DNA from: an uncultured virus (IMG/VR IMGVR_UViG_2061766007_004329)
Lineage: Duplodnaviria > Heunggongvirae > Uroviricota > Caudoviricetes
IMG/VR virus record: IMGVR_UViG_2061766007_004329
DNA length: 64,000 nt
Direction: 5' to 3' (one strand)
Below the pieces are notes generated by a model. That model was given only the letters and a program-made list of their open reading frames with translations, did not search any database and had not been told where the DNA came from. Below, piece by piece: positions 10,290 through 22,300 of this stretch. A program made the position numbers and the translations under genes. The first letter of the stretch is position 1. Every line of letters begins with the position of its first letter.

Positions 10290-13085
10290 TTACCCGTTAA
10301 AGATCAGCGATAGATTCCCATTGGCCTGGGGCTCAAAGGCGAATTTGCCGATGACGAGCTTTGACAGGATTTCCGCCTGGGTGACATAGAGTTTGTTGTT
10401 GGAGAGGTAGGCCACCTCCGTGTCGTTCATGTAGAAGGCCAGGCGGTCATTGACCACGCGGAAGGTGAACGGATTCCCGGTCTTGCCAATCACGAGCCCG
10501 TCCTCTCCAAAGGACATGTATGTCCGCAGAATGCTGAGCTGTTCTTCCGTAGCCTCCGTAGCGGCGTCCAGGTCATTTTCCAGCTGGTTGATGCGGGTGA
10601 CGGACCACGTGTAGTTGCTCTCCGTCTGCTGGGCCAGGGTGCCGACCTGCTGACGCACCTGGTTCATGTCGGAGGAAAGGGCGTAGGATGCCTGCACTTC
10701 AGACCGAATGCTGTCGGCCTCCGTGCTGATCTGCGCCCGGACAGCGGCCAGTTTCAGCGCCATGCTTTCCTCGGCGTCTTCCGGCGCGGGCGTGTAATCT
10801 GTCGCGCGATTGCCCTTTTCCACCTTTGCCCAGTGGATTTTGGAAACAGATGTGGAGCCGGACGCGGGCTTGGGAAGCCGGTAGATGCGGATATTGGCAT
10901 TGACCGGATCGTCAGCTGGCGTCTTTCCGGCAGAGTATTGGGCGGTGAATGTCAGGGAAGTAATCTGCCGGCCTGTCCCTGAAACAGGCGCTTCACCCTG
11001 CTTACAACTGGAACCGCTCATCCAGACGCCATAAGCGGTGACGCCTTCGGCCGGTGTGACGCACATGGATATGGTGTATTCCTGGCCCGCTTCAAGCGGC
11101 GCGGCCACGGCATATTCCCAGATCAGATAAACGTCTGATTCGGCTTCGGCATCAGATTCCAACAGGTAATTCCTCCCGCCGACCTCCAGGTTGTCAATGT
11201 CGTTCTGAGCCTCACTCGCTGTCACATACGCTTCATAGGCGATCTGCGAGATGGTCTTGAACCCGCCGTCATAGTAGCGGAACATGGGATGCTCCGGAGC
11301 CAGAACCGCGTTAACCGTCGTGCTCATCAGGCCAAGCAGGATATAGGTGTATCCGTCTTCGGCCGTGGGAACAGTCGTCGTGAGCACGCCTGAAACGGGC
11401 GTGAACAGAGAGCCGTTCAGCGTCCCCTTGATGTAGACGGTCGCACCGGCTGTTCCTGAGAAGCCGGCCACTGTGTTGGCCAGTGAGAAGGCGGTACCCC
11501 AGGAGATATAGTTGTTCGTCTGCGTCAGCGCTGAAGTGGTGTACTTCGTACCGACATACAGGATGGGCTTCGTCACATCGAAAGCTGTGGTGGACAGCAG
11601 CATCAGTTTGCCCGCGCTGTTGAACACACCCAGCCTGCCAGCAGAAATCGCTCCGACTGCAGTGACGGAGGCTTTATAATTGATCCGGTCGTAGTAGTTG
11701 GTGGTCGTGTCCTGGTTCCGGTTGATCCANNNNNNNNNNAGCGGTCCAGTCCGTTGCCCGGTTGCCCTTCTCCAGCTTGATCTGATGGATGATGGTGCTG
11801 GCTGTTCCCGCGCTGGCGGGNNNNNNNNNNNNNNNNNNNNNNNNNNNNNNNNNNNNNNNNNNNNNNNNNNNNNNNNNNNNNNNNNNNNNNNNNNNNNNNA
11901 ACAGGTCAATGGTTGCAAGTGTCTTATCCCCGCCTGAGGTACGCACCGTCAGGCCTGTGTATCCCTCCATGGGCGTCAGCGTCAGAGAGACAGTGTATTC
12001 TTCTCCCGGGACCATGGCTTCCGACAGCGCATAGCGGGCGATCAGGGCTGCTGAAGAGGAAGATTCCGATCCTGAATTCAGGATATAGTTCCTACCNNNN
12101 NNNNNNNNNNNNNNNNNNNNNNNNNNNNNNNNNNNNNNNNNNNNNNNNNNNNNNNNNNNNNNNNNNNNNNNNNNNNNNNNNNNNNNNNNNNNNNNNNNNN
12201 NNTGTCGTGCTCATCAGTCCCAGCAAGATATAAGTGTATCCATCCTCCGACGTCGGAACGGTGGTGGTCAGGACTCCTGCAGCAGGTGTGAACATGGAGC
12301 CATTCAGCGTGCCCTTTATATACACCGTCGCTCCGGCAGTCCCGGAAAAACCGGATACTGTGCTGGCCAGGGAGAAAGCCGTGCCCCAGGAGATATAGTT
12401 GTTCGTCTGTGTCAGCTTGGAAGCAGTGTACGCCGTTCCGACATACAGGATGGGNNNNNNNNNNNNNNNNNNNNNNNNNNNNNNNNNNNNNNNNNNNNNN
12501 NNNNNNNNNNNNNNNNNNNNNNNNNNNNNNNNNNNNNNNNNNNNNNNNNNNNNNNNNNNNNNNNNNNNNNNNNNNNNNNNNNNNNNTGCGGTCATAGTAG
12601 TTGGTGGTCGTATCCTGGTTCCGGTTGATCCACCAGCCGGTATAGCTTCCGCTGCCCGCGATAGGCGTATTGACACGGTAGGTCATCAGGGTGATGTTGC
12701 CGACAGCCACATGTGTGGTGCACCGGGTGGTACCATTGATGTACACGGGCACAGCGCCGGTGGTCTGACCGTTTGCCAGCGTCAGTTCCAGCGTGGCATT
12801 GGAGGNNNNNNNNNNCACCGCCACATGCGTGGTGCAGCGGGTCGTGCCATTGATATACACAGGCAAAGCGCCGGTAGTTGTTCCGTTTGACAGCGTGAGG
12901 TTCAGCGTTGCGGACGATGATGTTCCAGCAAACGGCAGCCAGTACAGGATGGTCTGGCCGTCCCTCAGCTCAGAGAATGTGGCGTTGCCTGTCCAAGCGT
13001 TGGTAGCTGCAGCCTGCGTGCCGACAATGACCTCAGCCGTGGCGTCAGAAAGATCCGCAATCGTGAAATGAGCCTGAGCAATCAT
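10290..13085 (-). CDS. Tail fibre/baseplate protein with repeated modules; fragmented by gaps
   Basis: GGRNYLL, KVEKGNRATDYTPAPED and EVAYLSNNKLYVT tail motifs. Confidence 0.65.
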
Positions 13086-13121
13086 NNNNNNNNNNTCGGT
13101 AGGTCATCAAAGTGATGTTGC

Positions 13122-14808
13122 CTACCGCCACATGTGTTGTGCAGCGGGTCGTGCCATTGATATACACAGGCAAAGCGCCGGTAGTTGTNNNNNNNNNNNN
13201 NNNNNNNNNNNNNNNNNNNNNNNNNNGCACACAAATACAGTCTTTACGGTCACATCGTCACCGTCCACATAGATCACCTTGCCGGAAGCGAAGACAGCGC
13301 CGCTGTCCATAGGATTGCCGTCCTTGTCCCTGCGGTACCAGGTGTAGGTTTTCTCGTGGCCGTAGGTGGCGTCCGTAGTCACATCCACCCAGGCGGAGCC
13401 GCTGTATCGCATGAGGGCTGTCGTGGGGCTGTTCGAGGCGATCTTGTAATAGAAATCCCCGGCGGCGGGAGAAGACGGAGCGGTTGTCGAATAGGTCGTG
13501 CTCTTCAGCGGATCAACCTCCGCGCCGTTCTGCCACAGNNNNNNNNNNCGGCAGCGGTAGGAAGCGGAACCGACCACATCAGTGGCATGAACCGTTAGGG
13601 TGTTGCCGTTCGCTCCGGTAGCCTCGGCCTTGACCGTTACCCATTCGCCGCTCTCATACTTCTGCCAGAGGAACTGNNNNNNNNNNTTCATACTTCTGCC
13701 AGAGGAACTGCGCCTTGGTGTTGGCGGTGTAATCCGTAGTGCCGTAGAAGTACTGCGCGTTGATCGTGATTTCATCCGTATCATTCGCNNNNNNNNNNCG
13801 CCTGGTAATTGTCCGTCTTGTCGATGATGGTGATCGTGTCGTAGCAGTACACGGAGCCGCTGTTATACCGCGCCCGGCAGCGGTAGGAAGCGGAACCGAC
13901 CACATCAGCGGCATGAACCGTGAGGGTGTTGCCGTTCGCTCCGGTAGCCTCGGCCTTGACCGTCACCCATTCGCCGCTCTCGTACCTTTGCCAGAGGAAC
14001 TGTGCTTTGGTGTTCGCGGTGTAATCCGTGGTGCCGTAGAAGTACTGCGCGTTGATNNNNNNNNNNTGCGCCAGTGGCTCCTGTATTGACCTTGCTCCAC
14101 TGGATCTGCAGGGTTGTTTCAACAGGAGAAGTGACCGGCACACTCACCACACCGTTCAGCTGGCCCGCCGCACCGAGCGTGGAATTGGCGGCAACGGCGA
14201 TCGTCAGCGGCACCTCATCATTGACCGCTTCTCCAACCGTTATGGTCATGCCCGTGGGCATCCCGGTCGGTGTGCCGACCGTAGGCGTGACNNNNNNNNN
14301 NGTTGGTAAACACCGTGCCGCCCGGAGCGTAAAGGGTCAGCACATAGGTTCCNNNNNNNNNNNNTGCATTTTCGCCCGTGCTGATCAGGGCGAAGGAAAT
14401 GTCTGCCGTGGCGTTGATCGTCAGCCCGGTATCCGGATCTGCGTATGCGACATAGGCAATATAGGTCAGCAGGCCGCTGGTGACGGAAGCCAGCTTGTTC
14501 TGATTGACCGTCAGGATATTTCCGCTGACGGTTTCACCGGTGGTCAGCGCCGTTTCGGAGCCGGAGCCTTCCTTGCGCTTCCAGGTAATCGTCAGGGCAC
14601 TGTTGTTCAGGGCGATGGCGGTCTGGTTGACGTAGACCACAGGCGTAATCACCAGCTTGCCCGCTGAGGTCGTCCAGTTCGGATTATAGGAGTTCCCGTT
14701 CACATCATGGATCTGTGTCCGGGGCTGGTTGGCTCCCAGGTAGCAGGACAGGCTTTTCCCGTCCGAAAGGTCAATGATCGTTTTCGATCCGGTTGCGATG
14801 ATGGCCAT
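13122..14808 (-). CDS. Tail/baseplate structural protein; fragmented
   Basis: MAIIATGSKTIIDLSDG start, Ig-like WQKY/YRC modules, many N-runs. Confidence 0.55.
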
Positions 14809-14809
14809 G

Positions 14810-17636
14810 TCAGGTCTCCTCCTTCAGTAGTTCGCAGTCATAGGTGGCGCTGTATAACACGTCCCTGGTAGTCAACAGGATGCTCTTCATCCCCGTATGC
14901 GCGTTGTTCCATATGGCGTCCGCCGTGCTGTCAGCGGATTTCCGTTTCCACTGGAACCGGGCAGCGGGAATACCGGCGGTCACGTTCTGGCTCCCATGCC
15001 ATACACGGGCAGTCAGGGTTGTATTCTGGATATCCTCTGACAGGATGTCCGAGGTGGAAATGATCTCGATCCGGAAGCCGACCAGCTCATCCATATCGGA
15101 ATAAACCCGTTCCACCCGCTGGTTGATGCCCGTATTACTGGACAGGTCGAGGGTCTGGCCGAAGTCCGCCGACACATGATTGGTGGTAATGGCTCCGGCC
15201 TTGATGTTGGAGCCTTCAATGGTCGCTGCGGCAATCTTTTCGCCTGTAATCGTGCCGGAAAGAATTTCATTCGCCGTGATGGTAGCAGCGGCGATCTGCT
15301 CCGCAGTAACCGACCGTGCCACCAGAACAGTGCCGCTCAGCTGTTCCCGGTATTTTTCATCCTGCAGTTCNNNNNNNNNNNNNNNNNNNNNNNNNNNNNN
15401 NNGTTGCCCCGGATGATAAGCCGTTCTGTAGCCAGGGTGCCGGATGTGATGACGTCGGCGTTCAGGGAAACGATCTTTGCATCCGTAATCGAAGCATCCG
15501 CGATTTGAGCGGTACCTACTGCACCGTTGGCAATCAGGGCGGCGGTAATCGCACCGAGGGCAATCTGTGCCGTGTCGACCGCTGCATTGGCGATCTGGGC
15601 GTTTGTGATTGCCGCCTGCGCGATCTTCGCCGTGGTGACCGCCAGGTCGGCAATCTTGGCGGAATCCACCGCCAGATCGGCTATTTTCGCCCGGGTCACC
15701 TGACCGTCGAGAATGTGGGCTGTGACGATCGCGCCATTCTGTATGTTGGCTGTCCCGATGGCCGCTCCGTCTATTTTCGCGTTGTCGATGGAGGCGTCCG
15801 CGATTTTCGCCTTGTCCACCGAGCCGTCCTCTATGTGAATCTGTTTGACTTCACCCTGGCCGATCTTCGCGGAAGTAATGGCGGCGTCGGCGATGTTGGC
15901 TTCCTGGATCTGGCCCCGGCCGATGTGGGCTGTGTTGATGGAGCCCTCCTCTATCTTGGCGCTCCCGATGGCCCCGTCCTTGATGTGGGCGGTATCGATG
16001 ACGGCCTGGCCTATCTGGGCTTCCCCGATGGCGCCCTCAGCGATTTTCGCCCGGATGACAGCGGCGTCCTCTATCTGGGCGGAACCGACTGCCGCCTGGC
16101 CTATTTTCGCCCTGGAGACTGCCGCGTCCTCGATGTGCGCGGTCTGTATGGCCGCCATCCGGATTTGGACGGCCCCGACTGAGCCGCCCTGCAGCTGTCC
16201 CGCCCCGACAGAATTGATGGCCAGCTTGCTGCCCGTAATGATGCCGCTGGGGAGCTGCCGGGCGGAGATCATGTTCCCCGCGATGGTGTCGGCGACCGTG
16301 CCGAGCGTGACGGAGGTGTACTGTCCCGTCAGGCAGTCGAAGACATACTGGGTCATGCGCATGGAGACCCATATCCCCACGCGCGGGGCAATGACACGAA
16401 CCGCGTCCCCCAGGTAGATGGTCTGAAGAAAACCGTATGGGCGGTATTCTTCCGTATTGGCGCAGTCGATGAAGTCCACATTCAGCGTCACGATGGGCAG
16501 ATCGCATCCGCTGTCAAAGGCGTCCTGCGCCGCCTGCCGCATTTCGGCAAAGCACTCCCCGCGGGTCTTTATCGCGTCGCCCTCTCCTTTTGTGCTCTCT
16601 TTGGCTCCATCCACGGGCAGGTGGATCCACTTGACCACGGGGTAGTCATTGATATGAGGGCTGTCGACGTACAGCTCCGGCAGATACAGGATGTTGCCAT
16701 CCTCGTCCTCGCCGATGGGCATGATACGGGTGGTGACGCCGCTCAGATCCACGTCGTATGAAACGCCCAGCAGGTTCTTGCCCTGGCGGATCTGCACATT
16801 GGTATCATTGCCCACGCGTTTGACCACATACACGTCGAACCAGTCCCGGGCCAGCTCGCCGCCATACTTCTCAATGACACCCTCTTCCCCCAGCAGGGCT
16901 TCCACGGGATTGATGTTGACGAATTCCACGTCAGCGGCAGTGCTCACCAGGTCGGAGTAGAAGGTGAAGTGGTGGGATGAGAGACAGTTTGTCCCGATTC
17001 CCATGGCGACGGCGGCGCCCGGCGTGGAACCCAGGGGCCTGTAGGACTGGATCATGTTATCCATGAGATCGTAGAAGACGTGCCGGGCATAGACGGTGAT
17101 CCTGTCCAGCTCAGGAACGACGCGATAGATGCGAAAGGGCTGGTCCCGCTGCTGCCGCGGCTCGACGACCTNNNNNNNNNNNNNNCGGTTTCCGTGCGGA
17201 CATGCGTGAGATACTGGGCGGACATGTAGCCGCGCTTGCCGTCCGGGCAGGATACTTCATACCACTCCGCATTGGTCTTCTCGATGATGACGACCTCTGT
17301 CCCTATGGCGTATTTGCTGAGGATCGTGTGATCCAGGCCAGGCCCGGAACGAAGACGGAGGGGATCGCGGCTGGTGCTGATCCGGTAGATCATGGTTTCG
17401 GCGCCGGGAACGTCAGCGGCCAGGTTGATGCGCGGCGTCATGGCCGCGGGCACCGGCGCGCGAATGATTGCGCCTTCCACCAGCCGGCTCCATTTGCCCG
17501 CGTCATCTATGGGATGAGCCAGCTCAAGCTCATATTCGCCGTTCAGGGTTTCCGTGACGGAAGCGGACAGTGGAGATAGCGAGCCGCTGCCATTGGAAGA
17601 GAAATCGACGCAGTCCGGCGGATAGACACAGATCAA
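14810..17636 (-). CDS. Tail spike/Tal-like protein with SH3 insert and KIADAAVTTA-type repeats; gapped
   Basis: ETLNGEYELELAHP N-terminus, LRLRSGPG SH3 motif, GKNLLGV, long 10-residue repeat tract. Confidence 0.8.
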
Positions 17637-17765
17637 TGGATGGTCACCTCCCTTCCTGGCTATATTGGTAATATAGTGTCACTAATATATCGTTTCCAAC
17701 GTTTGATCAATCGAATATGCAAGATAATATCGATAGTTTCAGTGGACAGAACGAGTCGAATAATC

Positions 17766-18464
17766 TCATAATGTCCGCCAATTCGGTGTGATGACGAGCC
17801 TGCTTACATTCCCCGTCCAGCTGATGCCATTCGCGCCAGGCGTGAGGATGGGAAAGTCACCCGACATATGATCGTTCAGCAGGGTATTCCCCCAATAGGC
17901 TTCCTTCAGCACGGAATCTATGACAATATTGCCAGTAACATCTTCCAGCTCAATGATGGTCGTGCCCACCATGAGCGTCATCGCGCCGCTGCCATAAACC
18001 GTGATGACGGGCTCGGAAAACACACTGCCGGGATTGGTTACCATATTTCCCGACGCTGTGAGCGTAATGTCCTGCACGCCACCAACGTACCAGAAGGGCT
18101 TACAGCGAAAGTTCACGGTGAACCGCCTGTGCGGATTGCCGCGCAGGATCTTTGTGAATGGAATCTGATTCACGATTCGCGCCTCATAGTATCCGCCCGG
18201 CCGACAGGCAAAGGTGACAGTCCCGCTGCCTTTCAGGTAATTAGCGATTTCATCGATCCGGGACATATCCGAAACGATACACTCGGCGGAGAGGATCATG
18301 TCGTCAAAGATATCCTCGCCCTGAAGCACCGTCAGGCTGCCTGAACGGCCGGGCACATCCGTGAATGTCACGCGCTCAGCCGGGAATGTGATATCTGGCT
18401 GTGTCAGCACATGGATGCCATACTCCGTGCAGCGCACACCGTTCCAGTCAAACCAATCAATCAA
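17766..18464 (-). CDS. Distal tail (Dit-like) protein
   Basis: VPGRSGSL, FRCKPFWY, NPGSVFSEP, ITPNWRTL; follows the tape measure. Confidence 0.85.
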   Translation of the reverse strand: MIDWFDWNGVRCTEYGIHVLTQPDITFPAERVTFTDVPGRSGSLTVLQGEDIFDDMILSAECIVSDMSRIDEIANYLKGSGTVTFACRPGGYYEARIVNQIPFTKILRGNPHRRFTVNFRCKPFWYVGGVQDITLTASGNMVTNPGSVFSEPVITVYGSGAMTLMVGTTIIELEDVTGNIVIDSVLKEAYWGNTLLNDHMSGDFPILTPGANGISWTGNVSRLVITPNWRTL

Positions 18465-18540
18465 AAGCACTGCCTCCGTAAGAGAAGCGCCGCCTCTTTG
18501 AGCAGCGCTTCGTCTATTCTTTCCTATTTTATATGATTGT

Positions 18541-19224
18541 CTATATATGGCAGTCAACGATTGTGATGAAAAGGTCCTGTTCCTTGGCTGTCCTGAGATA
18601 TGCCTCAAATGCCGTCATGTAGGCGTCACGGCTTTCCTTCGTTGCATCATCTACTCCCCACCACCCCATGCGGCCAGTTTCATGCCACTCGCCGTCTGCA
18701 GTGATGAAAGCGTAGGTGGAGAAGTCAGACATGAGCTTCGCATAGCGTTCCCGGGTCCCATACTGTTGGATGTAGTATTCGCCTTTATACAGCAGCAGAT
18801 ATTTCTTCTTCTCCTCTTCGGTCATGGGCGATCCGTCCACCGCGATCTCCCAGGCGCGGAGAGCCAGGCGATATGCCTCTTCATTCGGAGAGAAATCACA
18901 GTCCCTCACACGGGCGATATCGCAGCGGTTCGGAGCCGGCTGATGATCCTTGTCCAGGTTGTACTCCTGGCCATATTCCCCGTTCCTTCCGGGAAGCAGT
19001 TTCAACTGGCCGCTCCACCTGCCGCCCACGCAATACCAGTCCCACCGGGCATTCAGATTATACCAGTATCCCCTCTTCCCAGTGGTTTCATCCAGCTCCG
19101 CATCCTTGTTCTCCCTGAATACTGCAAACGGGGAACCAGCTTCCACAACCTCATTGTACGGAGCCAGAAGCTCGTCAATCTGAGCCTCATATTTGGAAAA
19201 AACTGCGACATTGAAATGGGACAT
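18541..19224 (-). CDS. Phage hypothetical protein (YNLNARWDWYCVGGRW motif), moron between tape measure and Dit
   Basis: AAGGAGG RBS, own promoter-like motif, downstream hairpin about 18483-18510. Confidence 0.75.
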   Translation of the reverse strand: MSHFNVAVFSKYEAQIDELLAPYNEVVEAGSPFAVFRENKDAELDETTGKRGYWYNLNARWDWYCVGGRWSGQLKLLPGRNGEYGQEYNLDKDHQPAPNRCDIARVRDCDFSPNEEAYRLALRAWEIAVDGSPMTEEEKKKYLLLYKGEYYIQQYGTRERYAKLMSDFSTYAFITADGEWHETGRMGWWGVDDATKESRDAYMTAFEAYLRTAKEQDLFITIVDCHI

Positions 19225-19329
19225 TTTGAACCCTCCTTTTTCGTAGGTTGTATCATCGCTCTGTTCGCCTGACTTTTCAAGGCCCCCTTATAGAGAAATA
19301 TTGGGGAAAGCCTTGTTCACTATGAACAA

Positions 19330-22300
19330 TCAGGCCATTCTCAAGCCTCTGCCCTGCTGCTNNNNNNNNNNNNNNNNNATGGCCAGAGAACGGATATCCT
19401 GTTCGTCGCGGATACTCATACTCTGGACATTGAGATTAATTGTACTGTTCTGGTTATAGGTGCGGCTGCTGCCGGAAGGATTTCCTATAGCGCCTTCATG
19501 CACAGCATCCGACAGGTATCGGACCGCATTCTTCACGGCTTTTGCCTGTTCCTTTGTCTCCTTCACCGCGCCTTCTCCCAACCCCCGCATGGCCATGATT
19601 CCTACTTCATCCCGGAATACACCCGAAGGACTGGCGATTTTCAGCTCTGATTTTGCCGCATTGACAGCGGCGCGGGCGGCGCTTCGCATGGCGGAGATGA
19701 CGCCGGAACGCCCGGCATTGATACCGGCCACAAGGCCGCTCATCACATGAGTTCCCGCGCTGCGAAGGGTAGAGCTGTTCAGATTGCTGGAGACAGCGGA
19801 GCGCACTCCAGAGGCGACAGTGCCGGCTGCGCCGGTAAAGCTGTAGCCTGTCATCCTGGAAGCAATGCCGTCCATAGACTCTTCAGCATACTTTGAAAGC
19901 AGGCTGGCCGAAAACACGCTGCCAATGGCGCGGCTCACATTGCCGGAGATCGCCGATGCAGCGGATGAAAAGTCATACGCGCCGGCCCCCTGGCCGATCC
20001 CAGCCGAGATGTTTTCCCCCACGGGCACCATGCGCTGCGCGGGGCTGTGGGCGTCCAGGGCCTGGTTCAATGCCGCCTCCAGATTGCCGACCACAGTTTC
20101 GGTATCTGTGTCCCAGCCGCCTTCCGTCATGCCCTGCCCAATGCCCTGTATGACATTGTCGCCAATGCCCAGCGTGTCCAACTCTGAGATGAGCGTCAGG
20201 ATATTCTGCAGGTTTTGGATGTCGGATTCATTCACTTCCTCGCCATTCTTTATGGCGGCAACGACCTCAGCCACATAAGTAGACAGTTCAGCGACATTTT
20301 CCGCATTGAAATCCGTCTGCATGCTGGTATCAAGCACGCTGAGGCGTCCGGAGGCGTCGATCAGGTCAGACAGCCACGCAAAGTCGAGAAAGCCGGGATT
20401 TTTATAGGTTTCGATCCGGTTCAGGGCAGAATCCACGTAGCCCATGAGCGTCGTGGGCAGCAGGCCAATGGCGCGTCCGGCCATCGTTACGCCCAGCTGA
20501 TCCACCTCATCCACGGCCATGCGCATTTCTGCGATGGCCTCCTGCGTGCCGGTGATCTCCGGGGAAATGAGCACATGAAGCGTGCCGTCTTCGCTCAGCA
20601 CGGCCACGCGGTCTGCCGTCAGCTGATCAGTAGGCACCGCTTCGACGGGTATCTCCACGCCTTTGCAGTCATAGAATTTCACGTCCTCGTCCGTCAGCAC
20701 ATCGGAGGGATTATCATAGATCTCGCTGAGCCGCACCACGCCCTTGACCTCTACTTCATTTTCTGCGAGGAATTTCCTGAAGGCAATCGTGTCGTATCCA
20801 GTCAGGCCAACCTGGGCTTGTATGGGCGGCAGTGATACGCCCTCTGCCACCTGATATTCGGTGACGACGGCTGTAAAGGAGGTAAGCAGTCCGCTCCGGT
20901 CGCAGTTGGTGGCTTCAGCAAACTTCGTGACGATGCCCTCAATCTGATCGGGCTTCAGGCTGGCGATGTCCACCCCTTCCGCCTCCAGGTATTTCACAAC
21001 GGTCGCCGTGATGTCATCCGGGGTCAGCGCCGTTGTCAGCGCGCCGCCCGTCACTTCCTCATAGGCGAGCACGGCGGCGGTCAGCACCTCTGGCGTCAGG
21101 CCGGTCATGTCCACGCCTTCCTTTTCCAGATAGGACGAGACATAGGCCACGATCTCATCCGGCTTCAGGGCACTGACATCCGCCCCTTCGGCCAGTTCCC
21201 GATAACTGGAGACAATGGCCGTGATGCTTTCCGGCGTCAGCGCCGAAACGTCAACACCCGTCGTCGCCTCCGCGTATGTGCTCACATAAGCGATCAGGCC
21301 CGCTGGAGAAAGGGCCGTCCTGTCCGCGCCTTCCGGGATTTCGGTGAATCGCTCGATGACGGCGTCCACCATGACCTGCTGGCGCTGGGTCGTCTCATTT
21401 TCCTGGATGCCCGCAATGATGGCGTCCGTGGTGATCGCGCCAGGGTTGGCTGCGAACTCGTCCCACCGCGCCTGTGCGCCGGTCATGTCCAGGTCCGTTG
21501 TCAGCGTGATCATCTCATCCGACAGCGCTTCGCCGAACATCGTCTGAAGGCTGTCCAGATTGGCATCCCACTTATTCTCATTCAGATACTGCTGAATGGC
21601 GGCCAGCTGATCCAGCGCTTCAGAGAAGTCGATGTCGGGGAACATCGCCTCCACTTCCCCCTCTGGAACCCCGCTGTCAAGCAGCGATTGGATCTGTGTG
21701 AGCAGGCCCACGTATTCCACCAGGGAGGATTCGTCCATACCCGCCATCAGCTCATTCAATTCGCCCAGCATGCCCTGCTTTTCATCGGGCGTCGCCGCAC
21801 TGTACTCGCGCAGCGCCTGTGTAAGCCGGCTGACATCCGTCGCAGCCTGCTGGATATTCTCCTGTTCCCACACCGGCATGACCGCATTGGACAGCGCATC
21901 GGCATATTCCCGGGCGCCAGCCAGTCTCTGTTCACGATACCACGCATCCAGGTCCGCCTGCGCCGCCTTGCGTTCATCCTCGTCCTCAATCAGCTGCACG
22001 ATGGCATATTCTTTATCATACTGCGCATCAATCTGAGCATTGACGGCGGCCATGCCCTCGGCCAGACCAACCACGGCGTTTTCATATACCGTGATGTCGG
22101 CATCTGCCTGACCCCGGGCATGAGCGCGGGCAATCTCCGCGTCCAGCTTGTCAATCACCGTGTCAAAGCCGTCTGTGTCAGCATTGGTCAGGTGATACTT
22201 GATTTCAATCGCTTCACGGGTGTCGATCAGATCCTGAAGGCGGATCTTCTCCTCGTCGGTCAGGTACCCGTTCTGGCGTTTCTTCAGCAGCCTTTCGATC

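Noticed and set aside
11700..14350. Repeated diverged tail segments suggesting a DGR or shufflon
   Set aside because: No reverse transcriptase or invertase nearby, differences are not evidently adenine-specific, and every copy is bounded by N-runs; consistent with collapsed repeats or haplotypes.
15400..16250. 30-bp periodic repeats
   Set aside because: Explained by the 10-residue repeat tract of the tail protein.
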